From Clostridium sp. 26_22 (GTDB taxonomy: Bacteria; Bacillota; Clostridia; TANB77; CAG-508), in the NCBI GenBank assembly GCA_001916005.1, contig MNRP01000055.1, positions 123,298-187,297 on the forward strand: DNA of 64,000 bases. The letters are read 5' to 3'. Position numbers and translations under genes: made by a program. The notes below the pieces were generated by a model. The model was not told the origin of the DNA. It saw only the letters and a list, made by a program, of their open reading frames with translations, and ran no database searches. This document shows, in pieces, positions 10,045 to 20,610 of this stretch (its first letter is position 1; each line of letters begins with the position of its first letter).

Positions 10045-11190
10045 ATGATAAAAAAAGTAGCTATATTAGCAAATGGAGGAGATGTAGCAGGATTTAATGC
10101 TGTTATTAGAGGAATTGTAAAAACAGCAGAAAATAGTGATGTAGAATGTTACGGATTTATTGATGGTTATAATGGACTATTAAAAAATGAGTATGTAAAA
10201 CTAAGTACAGCAGAAGAAGGAAATGCAAAAGGAATTTTACCAAAGGGTGGTTCAATTATAGGTTCATCAACAAATGCAAATGTATTTAATTATAAAGTAG
10301 TAAAAGAAGATGGAACTGTAGAATATCAAGATTTGTCAGATAAATGTGTTCAAAATATTAAAAATGATGGATTTGATTGTGTATTCACATTAGGTGGAGA
10401 TGGTACTCAAAAATCAGCAAGAGATTTTTCATTAAAAGGAGTAAATGTAATTGGTGTACCAAAAACAATAGATAATGATGTTGCATGTACAGAAATAACA
10501 TTTGGGTATAATACAGCTGTATCTGTTGCAATGGAAGCACTTGATAGACTTCATACAACAGGAGAAACACATCATAGAATAATGGTTCTAGAAGTAATGG
10601 GAAGATATGCTGGATGGATTGCATTAGAATCAGCAATAGCAGGTGGTGCAGATGTTGCATTAATTCCAGAAATTCCATATGATATAAATAAAGTTGCAGA
10701 AAAAATAAAAAATAGACAAAAAAGAGGTAAAAACTTCAGTGTTGTAGTTGTTGCAGAAGGTGCAAAACCAATAGGTGGAGATATAACAGTAGAAAATGAA
10801 AGAGATAACGGAAAAGGTGTAGACAACACAAAGCTTGGAGGAGTAGGTCCAATAGTTGCAAAACAATTACAAGAATTAACAGGATTAGAAGCAAGAAACA
10901 CAACTTTAGGATATATGCAAAGGGGAGGAACACCAACAGCATTTGATAGAGTTTTATCAACAAAATATGGTGCAAAAGCAATGCAATTAGCATTAGAAGA
11001 AAAATTTGGAGTATTAACAGTTATAAAAAATAACAAATTGGATTATGTATCATTAGAAGATGTTGTTGGAGAAAACAAAGAAATAGGAGCTGTTTCAGGA
11101 AATACAGCAGTAAGTAACCAAAGAAAAGTAACAATGGATGATGATTTAGTAAAAACAGCAAGAAGTATAGGAATTAACTTAGGAGACTAA
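10045..11190 (+). CDS. pfkA: 6-phosphofructokinase (PfkA family; GGDG motif suggests ATP-dependent)
   Basis: Motifs NGGDVAGFNAVIRG, TLGGDGTQKSA, GVPKTIDNDV and MGRYAGWIAL. Confidence 0.85.
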   Translation: MIKKVAILANGGDVAGFNAVIRGIVKTAENSDVECYGFIDGYNGLLKNEYVKLSTAEEGNAKGILPKGGSIIGSSTNANVFNYKVVKEDGTVEYQDLSDKCVQNIKNDGFDCVFTLGGDGTQKSARDFSLKGVNVIGVPKTIDNDVACTEITFGYNTAVSVAMEALDRLHTTGETHHRIMVLEVMGRYAGWIALESAIAGGADVALIPEIPYDINKVAEKIKNRQKRGKNFSVVVVAEGAKPIGGDITVENERDNGKGVDNTKLGGVGPIVAKQLQELTGLEARNTTLGYMQRGGTPTAFDRVLSTKYGAKAMQLALEEKFGVLTVIKNNKLDYVSLEDVVGENKEIGAVSGNTAVSNQRKVTMDDDLVKTARSIGINLGD

Positions 11191-11222
11191 TTAAAAATAA
11201 AATTTAGGAGGTACAAAAGAAC

Positions 11223-11894
11223 ATGAAAGATAATAAACTTAAAAAACCAATGATAATTATTGGAATAATTATATTAGTAGTTGTAATTATTGGAGTAATA
11301 ATATTTGCTATATCTAGTAAAAATAAAACAAACAAAACAGAACAAACAGAATCTGTGGAGATACAAAAAAATTATGAAAAAATAGCAAATTCAAAAGAAA
11401 TAACATTTACAACAACATTAGATGAGAACAATAAAGAAACAATAGTAATAAAAGATGACCAAGCATATAAAGAAACAACAAGAAATGGAGTAACTTACAA
11501 ATATATAGTAAAAGGAAATGACACATATTTTGTAGATGATAGTAATAAAACATATTACACATACAAAAATAATACAGAAATATCAACAGAAATCCAACAA
11601 AAATTATCAAAGTTAAAAGAAATGTCAAGTAACACTGGAAAAGAAAAAGTAAATGGTAAAAATTATCAATATGAAGAATTTGAAAAATACCAAGACTTTT
11701 TAATAAATAACAAAATAGCAGTGACAGATTTAACAAAAGCAAAAACAAGGATATACTATGATAACGATAAAATCGTTTATATAAAAACAATTGCAGGAGA
11801 TGAAGAAGAATTATTAAAAGTAGACATCTCATATGGCACTGTGAAAAATGATTACTTTAATATTCCTAGCGAATATAAAGATGGGAATATGTAA
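11223..11894 (+). CDS. Membrane-anchored extracytoplasmic hypothetical protein
   Basis: Ribosome-binding site TAGGAGG. N-terminal TM MIIIGIIILVVVIIGVIIFAI. Asn/Thr/Tyr-rich ectodomain. Confidence 0.4.
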   Translation: MKDNKLKKPMIIIGIIILVVVIIGVIIFAISSKNKTNKTEQTESVEIQKNYEKIANSKEITFTTTLDENNKETIVIKDDQAYKETTRNGVTYKYIVKGNDTYFVDDSNKTYYTYKNNTEISTEIQQKLSKLKEMSSNTGKEKVNGKNYQYEEFEKYQDFLINNKIAVTDLTKAKTRIYYDNDKIVYIKTIAGDEEELLKVDISYGTVKNDYFNIPSEYKDGNM

Positions 11895-11926
11895 TAATAA
11901 ATATTTATATAAAGGAGGAATGTAAA

Positions 11927-13087
11927 ATGGCAATAAAATTTGTCTTAAATGAAACATCTTATTTTGGAAAGGAAGCAAGAGGAGCTTTAGCAGAAGAAAT
12001 AACAAAAAGAAAATTTAAAAAAGTATTTTTAGTAAGTGATAAATCACTAGTTAACGCAGGTGTAACTGCAAAAGTTGAGGAAATATTCAAAAATGCAAAC
12101 ATAGATTATACATTATATGATGAAATAAAACCAAACCCAACTATAAAAAATGTAACAGATGGTGTAGAGGCTTGTAAAGCATCAGGAGCTGATGTTATTG
12201 TAACAGTTGGTGGTGGTTCAAGTATGGACACAGCAAAAGGTATATCAATAGTAATGACAAACCCAGATAGAGCTGATATAAAATCTTTAAATGGAGCATC
12301 AAATACAGTTAATAGAGGAATGCCAGTAATAGCACTTCCAACAACAGCAGGAACAGCATCTGAAGTTACAATAAACTATGTAATAACAGATGAAGATAGA
12401 AAAATAAAAATGGTATGTGTAGATCCAAATGATATTCCAATAGTAGCAATAATAGATTCAGATTTAATGGCATCAATGCCAAAAACACTTGCTGCTGCAA
12501 CAGGAATGGATGCATTAACACATGCAGTAGAAGGGTATATAACAAAAGCTCATAATGAAATATCAGATATGTTCCATATGCAAGCTATAAAAATGATATT
12601 TAAATATTTACCAGCAGCAGTAAACGACAAGGATGAAAAAGCAATTGAAATGATGGGAATGGCTCAATACATTGCAGGAATGGGATTCTCAAATGTTGGA
12701 TTAGGAATAGTTCACTCAATGGCTCACCAATTAGGAGCAGTATATGACACACCACACGGAATTGCAAATGCAATGTTATTACCAACAGTTATGAGATTTA
12801 ATGGTGCAAATCCAGAAACAGCACAAAGATTTAGAGAAATCTTATGCCAAATCGGAAGACCAGATGCAGAACATTTAAACGACCAAGATGTTATAAATAC
12901 TTTTGTATGGATGATAAGTGAATTATCAAAAGCAGTAGGAATTACACAAACAATAAAAGATTATGGAGCAAAAGAAGAAGATTTCGAAATGCTAGCAGAT
13001 AAAGCTATGGAAGACCCATGTAAACCAGGAAATCCAAGAGAAGTTAGTAAAGAAGATTTTATAAATTTATATAGACAAGCTATGTAA
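11927..13087 (+). CDS. Iron-containing (group III) alcohol dehydrogenase
   Basis: GGGSSMDTAKG dinucleotide-binding motif and metal-binding His residues (HAVEGY, HSMAHQLG). Confidence 0.85.
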   Translation: MAIKFVLNETSYFGKEARGALAEEITKRKFKKVFLVSDKSLVNAGVTAKVEEIFKNANIDYTLYDEIKPNPTIKNVTDGVEACKASGADVIVTVGGGSSMDTAKGISIVMTNPDRADIKSLNGASNTVNRGMPVIALPTTAGTASEVTINYVITDEDRKIKMVCVDPNDIPIVAIIDSDLMASMPKTLAAATGMDALTHAVEGYITKAHNEISDMFHMQAIKMIFKYLPAAVNDKDEKAIEMMGMAQYIAGMGFSNVGLGIVHSMAHQLGAVYDTPHGIANAMLLPTVMRFNGANPETAQRFREILCQIGRPDAEHLNDQDVINTFVWMISELSKAVGITQTIKDYGAKEEDFEMLADKAMEDPCKPGNPREVSKEDFINLYRQAM

Positions 13088-13091
13088 TAAT

Positions 13092-13132
13092 AAAAGGTAT
13101 GAAAAGAATATTAATCTTTTTATACCTTTTTT
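13092..13132 (+). terminator. Rho-independent terminator after the alcohol dehydrogenase
   Basis: 16-bp stem AAAAGGTATGAAAAGA / TCTTTTTATACCTTTT with 1 mismatch, followed by a T-run. Confidence 0.6.
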
Positions 13133-13195
13133 ATATTGTAAAGTAATAAAAATGCAGTAGTTTCTAAATATACGTCACTAAATAGACATAAAGTG

Positions 13196-13224
13196 TTGCG
13201 ATAATTACTAAAACATGGTATAAT
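13196..13224 (+). promoter_or_regulatory. Sigma-A-type promoter TTGCGA-N17-TATAAT upstream of the Wzz/BY-kinase gene
   Basis: Hexamers at 13196-13201 and 13219-13224 with 17-nt spacer. Confidence 0.5.
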
Positions 13225-13242
13225 TAGAAATAGGTGATGTAA

Positions 13243-15867
13243 ATGGAAAATAATGAATATATTGATATGAAAAAAATATTAAATATTATTTTATCCAAAA
13301 AAATATTTATAGCTCTAATAATATTATTAAGTTTAGTAATGAGCTACTTCTATTCATATTATTACAAAAAGCCTCAATACAATTCATCTGTAACAGTCTT
13401 ATTAACAGGAGACGAGGCACAGGGGGAAAAACAAGTAACACAAACAGACTTGAATTTAAACTCTGGTTTAATTTCTACATATGGAAGTATTGCTAAAAGT
13501 GCAAACGTTCTAAGTAAAGTAATAGAAAACTTAGGACTTGATATTTCTGTTCAAAATTTACAAAAAAATTTAACAGTAGCAGAAATAAAAAATACACAAT
13601 TCTTAAAAATAACAGTAGAAAACTCAAATCCAGAAACAGCAATGAAAATAGCTAATGAAATATCAAAAGTTTTCGTAGAACAGATAAAAACAATTTATAA
13701 TATTCAAAACATTAATATCATAGATACAGCAGAAATATCAAACACACCATGTAATATAAATCATATTAAAGATATGGCAATAGCTTTAATGGCAGGAATA
13801 TTTGCATCAGGAGTATTGATATTAATACTTTATATTCTTGACGACACAATAAAATCTGAAAAAGACATCCCAGTAAATTTAAAGCTTGAAACAATAGGGA
13901 CAATACCAAATACAAATAAAACAAACAACGAATTAATAATAGAAACAGACCCAAAATCATATATAGTAGAATGTTTAAAAACAACAAGAACAAATATATT
14001 GTATGCTTCAAATATCAATAAAAAGAAAGCTATTTTATTTACTAGTGCAAGAGAAAAAGAAGGAAAAAGCTTTATAGTAAATAATATAGCAGTAGCTTTT
14101 GCTCAAGCAAACAAAAAAGTTCTTATAGTAGATACAAACTTAAGAACTCCAAAAGGAAGAAGTCAAATATTTGAAAACCAAACAGGAGAAGGATTATCAG
14201 ACTTTATAAAAGAAATAACAGAAAATAAATTAGAAAATTTAGAAAAAGCAAAAAAATACATAAAAGAAACTAAAATACCAAATTTACATATTTTAGAAAG
14301 TGGAACAATTCCACCAAATCCATCAGAATTATTATCATCAACAAACATGAGAAACTTATTAGAACTTTTAAAATCAATGTATGACCTTGTATTATTAGAT
14401 GGAACACCAAGTATGATAGTTTCAGATAGTATAGCATTATCAACAATGGTAGACAGCACAATATTAATTGCTGAAAATAAAGTGTCAAAAATAAATGAAT
14501 TAAAGAAAACAAAAAGACAAATTCAAGATGTCGGTGGCAAAATAATGGGTGTTATACTAAACAAGAGTGATGTACAACATAATAAATACTATGGAAAAGG
14601 TTATGGCTATTATTATGGAGATGGAAAACAAGAAAAAGTTGAAAAAGAAATACAAGTAAAACAACCAATAATTACAGTTTCAGAAATAATAGAAAATGCC
14701 AGATCAGTAATAGAACAAGAATTATTAAATAAAGAAGTAGAACAAGAATTAGAAACGGTTCAAGTAGTAGAACAACAACAAGAAAAAACAGTAGAACCAA
14801 AAGAAAATGGATTTAAAAATGTAATTAAGAAAATATTTAGCAGAATATCAAATATAGAAAAAAGATTAGACAATGACAATTCAAAAGAACAAATAAACAA
14901 TATTTATACCGAAATAGATAACATAAAAAATAAACAATCATTAGACAAACAAGAAATCATAAATAATATAAATGACTTAAAAACAGAAAATTCAAAAGTG
15001 CAAAATAGTATTAAAGAATTAAATAAAAAACAAAAAAATCTAAAAGAAATACAAGAAAATGATAAAACAGAAATTCTTGAAAGTATTAATAATTTTAAAG
15101 AAGAAACAAAAGCAATGCAAAATGATATAAAAAATTTACAAACAAGCAATAGCGATCTTCTAGAAAATATTGAAAAATTAGATTCAGAAAAAGTAAATAT
15201 CTTAGAACAAATAAACATATTAAAAGATAATAATAGTAATATGTTCGAAAATATTGATGAGTTAATTAGTAGCAAAGAAGCAATGAATGAAAAAATAAAT
15301 GGCTTTGATGAAAAAGTAGAACAATTAAAAAACGAACAATTAAAGGCTAAAGCCGATATAGAAAATACAGTAAAAGAACTTCAAACACTAGAGATATTAA
15401 AACAAAAAACACAAAATATGGAGGAAGAATTTAATCAGCTAGAAGTATTAAAAACAAAAATAGAATTAGCAAATAAAGAAATAGAATTATTAAAACAATT
15501 ACAAAATGAACAAATAACAAATGTAAATCACAGAATTTCAAAATTAAGAAATTTACAAATAAATAATAATAAAGAATTATTAGAAAAAATAGAAGCAATA
15601 AATTATGATGATAAACTAACAGAAATAAATGAAAATATATTAAAGAGCCAAGAAGAATATACAAAAATGATAGAAGAAATTAACAATAAAAACAAACCAG
15701 AAGAGAAGCCAAGCAATATTATTAGCTTTGAATCATTAAAGAAAAAGAGAAAAGCAAACAAAAAAGTATTTTCTATCAATGAAGATATTATGTCAGATGA
15801 GTTAGAAAATTCTTCAGCTTATGTAATAGACCTAAATAGTGAATCATTTGGAATTATGGCAAATTAA
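13243..15867 (+). CDS. Fused polysaccharide co-polymerase (Wzz/CpsC-like) and bacterial tyrosine (BY) kinase (CpsD/CapB-like), with C-terminal Tyr cluster and a ~400-aa coiled-coil extension
   Basis: N-terminal TM and Wzz-like periplasmic region with second TM (IALMAGIFASGVLILILYIL). Walker A TSAREKEGKSF, Walker A' VLIVDTNLRTP, Walker B VLLDGTP. Tyr cluster KYYGKGYGYYYGDG. Residues ~470-860 form a Lys/Glu/Asn heptad-rich low-complexity region. Confidence 0.75.
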   Translation: MENNEYIDMKKILNIILSKKIFIALIILLSLVMSYFYSYYYKKPQYNSSVTVLLTGDEAQGEKQVTQTDLNLNSGLISTYGSIAKSANVLSKVIENLGLDISVQNLQKNLTVAEIKNTQFLKITVENSNPETAMKIANEISKVFVEQIKTIYNIQNINIIDTAEISNTPCNINHIKDMAIALMAGIFASGVLILILYILDDTIKSEKDIPVNLKLETIGTIPNTNKTNNELIIETDPKSYIVECLKTTRTNILYASNINKKKAILFTSAREKEGKSFIVNNIAVAFAQANKKVLIVDTNLRTPKGRSQIFENQTGEGLSDFIKEITENKLENLEKAKKYIKETKIPNLHILESGTIPPNPSELLSSTNMRNLLELLKSMYDLVLLDGTPSMIVSDSIALSTMVDSTILIAENKVSKINELKKTKRQIQDVGGKIMGVILNKSDVQHNKYYGKGYGYYYGDGKQEKVEKEIQVKQPIITVSEIIENARSVIEQELLNKEVEQELETVQVVEQQQEKTVEPKENGFKNVIKKIFSRISNIEKRLDNDNSKEQINNIYTEIDNIKNKQSLDKQEIINNINDLKTENSKVQNSIKELNKKQKNLKEIQENDKTEILESINNFKEETKAMQNDIKNLQTSNSDLLENIEKLDSEKVNILEQINILKDNNSNMFENIDELISSKEAMNEKINGFDEKVEQLKNEQLKAKADIENTVKELQTLEILKQKTQNMEEEFNQLEVLKTKIELANKEIELLKQLQNEQITNVNHRISKLRNLQINNNKELLEKIEAINYDDKLTEINENILKSQEEYTKMIEEINNKNKPEEKPSNIISFESLKKKRKANKKVFSINEDIMSDELENSSAYVIDLNSESFGIMAN

Positions 15868-15980
15868 AATAAATACATAACAAAAAGTTCTTGAATTTAA
15901 AAGATTCAGGAACTTTTATTAAATAAGTAGACATTTATTACAAAATAATGTAGAATATAAATCATAGGAGGAGGGTAAAA

Positions 15981-17939
15981 ATGTTTAAACTACACTCACC
16001 ATATAAGCCAACAGGAGACCAACCACAAGCAATAGAATATTTATCAAAAGGAATAGATCAGGGCAAAAAATTTCAAACATTACTTGGAGTTACAGGCTCA
16101 GGAAAAACCTTCACAATGGCAAACATAATAAACAAAGTTCAAAAACCAACCTTAGTATTAGCACATAACAAAACACTAGCAGGGCAATTATACTCAGAAT
16201 TTAAAGAATTTTTCCCAGAAAATAATGTAGAATACTTTGTATCTTATTACGACTACTATCAACCAGAAAGTTATATAGCAAGTTCAGACACATATATAGA
16301 AAAAGATGCATCAATAAATGACGAAATAGACAAACTAAGACATTCAGCAACACTATCATTATTTGAAACAAGAGATGTAATAATAGTAGCATCAGTATCA
16401 TGCATTTATGGCTTAGGAGACCCAGTAGACTATCAAGAAATGATGTTGTCTCTACGACCAGGAATGAACAAATCTAGAGACGAAGTATTAAAAAAACTAG
16501 TAATAATGCAATATACAAGAAATGAAATAGACTTCAAAAGAGGAACATTTAGAGCAAAGGGAGATATAGTAGAAATCTATCCATCATCACAAAGTGAAAG
16601 TGCAGTTAGGGTAGAATTTTGGGGAGATGAAATAGAAAAAATTTCAGAAATAAATCCATTAACAGGAAAAGCAATAGGAGAAAGAAAACACATATTAATA
16701 CCACCAGCTTCTCAATATGTTACAAGCAAAGACAAGTTAGATAAGGCAATAGGAACAATAGAAGAAGAATTACAAGAAAGAATAAAATATTTTAAAGATA
16801 ATAATAAACTAATCGAAGCTCAAAGAATAGAAGAAAGAACAAACTTTGATATAGAAATGATGAAAGAAACAGGTTTCTGTCAAGGAATAGAAAACTATTC
16901 AAGACATTTAAGCCAAAGACCTGCAGGAAGCCCACCATATACATTATTTGACTATTTTCCAAAAGACTTCTTACTTTTAATAGATGAATCACATGCTACA
17001 ATACCACAAGTAAGAGCAATGTACAATGGAGACAGAGCAAGAAAAGAATCACTAGTAAACTATGGATTTAGACTTCCATCAGCATTTGACAATAGACCAT
17101 TAACATTTGACGAATTTGAGAAAAGAATAAATCAAGTGATATTTGTAAGTGCAACACCAGCTGATTACGAAAAAGAACACAGTAAAGAAAATGTAGTTGA
17201 ACAAATAATAAGACCAACAGGATTACTAGATCCTAAAATAGAAGTAAAACCAGTAACAAATCAAATAGATGATTTAATAGAACAAATACGAAAAAGAGTA
17301 GAGAAACACGAAAGAGTATTAGTCACAACACTAACTAAAAAAATGGCAGAAGATCTAACAGCATATTTAAAAAGCTTAGACATAAAAGTAAATTATATGC
17401 ATTCAGATATAAAAGCACTAGAAAGAATGGAAATTATTAGAAATCTACGTTTAGGAGAATTTGACGTTTTAGTAGGAATAAACTTACTAAGAGAAGGACT
17501 TGACATACCAGAAGTATCACTAGTTGCAATACTAGATGCAGACAAAGAAGGCTTCTTACGTTCAGAACGTTCGCTAATACAGACAATAGGACGTGCTGCA
17601 AGAAATACAGATGGAACAGTTATAATGTATGCAGATGAATTAACAGAATCTATGGAAAAAGCAATAACAGAAACCAACAGAAGAAGAAAAATACAAGAAG
17701 AATACAACAAAGCACATGGAATAACACCAAAAACAATAACAAAATCAATAAGAGAGGCAATAAGTGCAGTAAAACAAGAAGACATTGGTGTAGAATTCAA
17801 AATGGAAAAAGAAGAAGATGTTAAAAAGGCAATAGAAAAATTAACAGACCAAATGCTAGAATATGCTGCAAATATGGAATTCGAAAAAGCAGCTGAAACA
17901 AGAGATAAAATAAAAGAATTAGAAAAATTGTGTCAATAG
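15981..17939 (+). CDS. uvrB: Excinuclease ABC subunit B
   Basis: Walker [11 protein letters not shown], helicase motifs, C-terminal UVR domain [16 protein letters not shown]. Confidence 0.95.
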   Translation: MFKLHSPYKPTGDQPQAIEYLSKGIDQGKKFQTLLGVTGSGKTFTMANIINKVQKPTLVLAHNKTLAGQLYSEFKEFFPENNVEYFVSYYDYYQPESYIASSDTYIEKDASINDEIDKLRHSATLSLFETRDVIIVASVSCIYGLGDPVDYQEMMLSLRPGMNKSRDEVLKKLVIMQYTRNEIDFKRGTFRAKGDIVEIYPSSQSESAVRVEFWGDEIEKISEINPLTGKAIGERKHILIPPASQYVTSKDKLDKAIGTIEEELQERIKYFKDNNKLIEAQRIEERTNFDIEMMKETGFCQGIENYSRHLSQRPAGSPPYTLFDYFPKDFLLLIDESHATIPQVRAMYNGDRARKESLVNYGFRLPSAFDNRPLTFDEFEKRINQVIFVSATPADYEKEHSKENVVEQIIRPTGLLDPKIEVKPVTNQIDDLIEQIRKRVEKHERVLVTTLTKKMAEDLTAYLKSLDIKVNYMHSDIKALERMEIIRNLRLGEFDVLVGINLLREGLDIPEVSLVAILDADKEGFLRSERSLIQTIGRAARNTDGTVIMYADELTESMEKAITETNRRRKIQEEYNKAHGITPKTITKSIREAISAVKQEDIGVEFKMEKEEDVKKAIEKLTDQMLEYAANMEFEKAAETRDKIKELEKLCQ

Positions 17940-17942
17940 GGA

Positions 17943-17999
17943 AGCCCTTTTTTGACACGAAATCATACCAAAAGTGGTCAAAAAAGAGCGTCCCAAATG
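17943..17999. repeat. Inverted pair of a ~20-bp palindromic repeat unit (GGGAAGCCCTTTTTTGACA ... GGTCAAAAAAGAGCGTCCCA). Member of a small intergenic repeat family also at 19366, 28123/28158 and 52488.
   Basis: Direct sequence comparison of the four loci. Confidence 0.6.
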
Positions 18000-18017
18000 A
18001 CCAATGAGGAGGAAAAA

Positions 18018-19352
18018 ATGGAAGAAGAAGTAATTAAAAAAGAAAAAACAGGAAGCTACCTAACTGGAATAATAGGAGCAATAATAGGAGGAATAATAGC
18101 AACAATACCATGGATTTTAGTGTATGTCTATGGAAATATGATGTTATCAATTTTAGCAGCAATTATTGCTGGAGGAGAATTTTTAGGTTATAAAATTTGT
18201 AAAGGAAAAATTGACAAAAAATTACCAATTATAATAATGGTTATAGCTGTTATAATAGTAATGGTTACAACACTTGCTATAATACCAGCATTATTAATAC
18301 AAAAACAAGGATTACCTGTAAGTATAACAAATGTTCAAAAATTATATGGAAGCAGTGAATTTTCAACAGCAATAACAAAAGATTACATAATTTCAGTAGT
18401 ATTTACAATATTAGGAGCAAGCATTATAACATCAAACATAAAAAAGCAATTAGAAAATAATGATGGAAAAGAAGTAAAAATTCAATTTAGTAACAATGAA
18501 AACATAAATAAAATGATAAAAGAGTCAATTGAAGAATTAAAGCCAATTTTTGAAAAATATGAAGCAACAACACCTGATAAAGCAATGATAAAAGAAGAAG
18601 TATTGGCTGAAATACCAGAAGATAGAGGGGCAAAAATTAGATTTAATTATTTAAAACAAGTAGGAATAATAAAAAAATATAAAGGAAAATACTATTATTC
18701 AAAAGAAGCTGAAAATAATCCAGAAAAAAGACAAAAGAAATCAGCTAAAGCTTTTACAATATCTATGATAGTAATTATAGTAGGAATTATATTACTAGCT
18801 ACATTAGGTGGAGATAATCCAAGTCTTTTACAAAGCAGTGAAAAGATAGATTATAAAGATTCTAACATAAGCTTCCAAATAGCAGGAGACTGGAAACAAA
18901 TTAATACACAATACTCTCAATATGTACAATATTATAAATACATAAACACATTCCCAGATTTAAATCAACAAACAAACCAAACAGAAGAACAAGAAGAAGA
19001 CTATTCTTCTTACCCAGCTATGATAGTTGTAACATATCAACAAGTTGATTCAGCAACAATAAAATCCATAGAAGATGTAAAAACAAATATAGAAGAGTCA
19101 ATTAATAAATCTGAGGAAAAACCAGATACACTAGAAATGAATATCTCAAAAACAGCTAATAATTATGATATATTAAAAGTTAAAGTAATTTTTAATTCAG
19201 AGCCACAAGAAATAATGTATAATTATTATATATTAAGAGGAGATAAAATAGCTAGAATTGTAGCTGAAAGCTATAGTTTAGAGGATGATAAAGAAATAGA
19301 AAACGTAGCAAATGATGTATCTAATTCTTTCACATGGGTTGTAAATGAATAA
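18018..19352 (+). CDS. Polytopic membrane protein of unknown function
   Basis: Ribosome-binding site GAGGAGG before ATG 18018. Multiple hydrophobic helices. No nucleotide-binding motif, so not SpoIIIAA. Confidence 0.45.
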   Translation: MEEEVIKKEKTGSYLTGIIGAIIGGIIATIPWILVYVYGNMMLSILAAIIAGGEFLGYKICKGKIDKKLPIIIMVIAVIIVMVTTLAIIPALLIQKQGLPVSITNVQKLYGSSEFSTAITKDYIISVVFTILGASIITSNIKKQLENNDGKEVKIQFSNNENINKMIKESIEELKPIFEKYEATTPDKAMIKEEVLAEIPEDRGAKIRFNYLKQVGIIKKYKGKYYYSKEAENNPEKRQKKSAKAFTISMIVIIVGIILLATLGGDNPSLLQSSEKIDYKDSNISFQIAGDWKQINTQYSQYVQYYKYINTFPDLNQQTNQTEEQEEDYSSYPAMIVVTYQQVDSATIKSIEDVKTNIEESINKSEEKPDTLEMNISKTANNYDILKVKVIFNSEPQEIMYNYYILRGDKIARIVAESYSLEDDKEIENVANDVSNSFTWVVNE

Positions 19353-19365
19353 AAAATAAAAATAT

Positions 19366-19392
19366 GTCAAAAAAGGGCGTCCCAATTGACAG
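19366..19392. repeat. Single copy of the TGTCAAAAAAGGGCGTCCCA repeat unit followed by ATTGACAG
   Basis: Exact match to the family consensus. Confidence 0.6.
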
Positions 19393-19458
19393 AAAAAAAT
19401 AGTTCTAAAATAAAAAGACAAGCATATAATATTAAAAATAATTGCAAGGAGAATAAAA

Positions 19459-19968
19459 ATGCAAATTATTAAATATTGTATGCTTTTTTTAGTGTTTATA
19501 TTATCAAATGTAATAGGAAATTATATAGCAAAAGGTTATATGTTAAGACTTGAAGAATTAGAAGAAATAAAAAATGCTTTAAATATATTTAAAACAAAAA
19601 TAAAATTTACATATGAACCAATACCTGAAATATTTGGAGAAATTAGTGAGAATTCTAGTAAAAATATATCAAATTTGTTTTTAAAGGCAAAAGAAAAAAT
19701 GAAATTTGAGAGTACAGATATAGCTTGGGAAGAAGCAGTTGAAGAGTTAAAAAGTAATTTGAAAACAGAGGACAAGCAAACAATAAAAACTTTATCTAAA
19801 TTATTAGGGTCAACAGATACTGATGGGCAAATAAGTCAAATTGAAGTAACAGAAACTTTCTTAGAAAAACAAATACGAGAAGCGGAAGAAGAAAAACAAA
19901 AAAATGAAAAATTATACAAAAAGCTAGGTGCGACAATAGGACTAGCCATTGTTATTATTTTGATATAG
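19459..19968 (+). CDS. spoIIIAB: Stage III sporulation protein AB
   Basis: Size (169 aa), N- and C-terminal TM helices, position at the head of the AC-AH series. Possible sigma-E-like -10 (CATATAAT) at ~19417. Confidence 0.7.
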   Translation: MQIIKYCMLFLVFILSNVIGNYIAKGYMLRLEELEEIKNALNIFKTKIKFTYEPIPEIFGEISENSSKNISNLFLKAKEKMKFESTDIAWEEAVEELKSNLKTEDKQTIKTLSKLLGSTDTDGQISQIEVTETFLEKQIREAEEEKQKNEKLYKKLGATIGLAIVIILI

Positions 19969-19979
19969 GGGGATTTATT

Positions 19980-20174
19980 ATGAGTATAGATTTATTATTT
20001 AAAATAGCAGCAATAGGAATATTAGTTGCAGTGTTATATCAAGTTTTAGTAAGAGCAGGTAGAGAAGATCAAGCAATGATGACAACACTTGCAGGACTTG
20101 TTATTGTTTTAACAATGGTAATAAAAGAAATAAGCGGATTATTCGATACAGTAAGAACCTTGTTTAATTTATAA
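19980..20174 (+). CDS. spoIIIAC: Stage III sporulation protein AC
   Basis: 64-aa two-helix membrane protein resembling B. subtilis SpoIIIAC. Confidence 0.7.
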   Translation: MSIDLLFKIAAIGILVAVLYQVLVRAGREDQAMMTTLAGLVIVLTMVIKEISGLFDTVRTLFNL

Positions 20175-20197
20175 ATGATTTATAAGGAGCTTAAATT

Positions 20198-20584
20198 ATG
20201 GAAATAATTAAAATTATAGGAATAGCTCTAACAGCTTTAGTTATTATTATTATGTTAAAACAATATAGACCAGAATATGCAGTTTTTATAAGCATATTAA
20301 CAGGAGTGTTGATATTAGTCCTAGTAATGGACAAATTAACCGGAATTATAAATATAATTCAATCAATACAAGACAAATTTGGAATTAATACTCAGTTTAT
20401 AGCAATATTAATAAAAATAACCGGAATAGCTTTTCTTTCAGAATTTGCAGTAAGTATTTGTAAAGACTCTGGAGAAGCGGCAATAGCCAGCAAAATAGAA
20501 ATAGGAAGCAAAATAATAATAATATCAATGTCAATACCAATAATATCAAATCTGCTAGAAATTATATTAAAAATTCTGCCATAG
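20198..20584 (+). CDS. spoIIIAD: Stage III sporulation protein AD
   Basis: 128-aa polytopic membrane protein in the expected operon position. Confidence 0.65.
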   Translation: MEIIKIIGIALTALVIIIMLKQYRPEYAVFISILTGVLILVLVMDKLTGIINIIQSIQDKFGINTQFIAILIKITGIAFLSEFAVSICKDSGEAAIASKIEIGSKIIIISMSIPIISNLLEIILKILP

Positions 20585-20610
20585 CAAAAAAATAAGGAGG
20601 AAATAAAGAT

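Noticed and set aside
10045-11190. PfkA considered as a PPi-dependent phosphofructokinase because of its length (381 aa)
   Set aside because: The GGDG motif (not GGDD) and overall motifs fit the ATP-dependent PfkA family. Cannot decide further without alignment.
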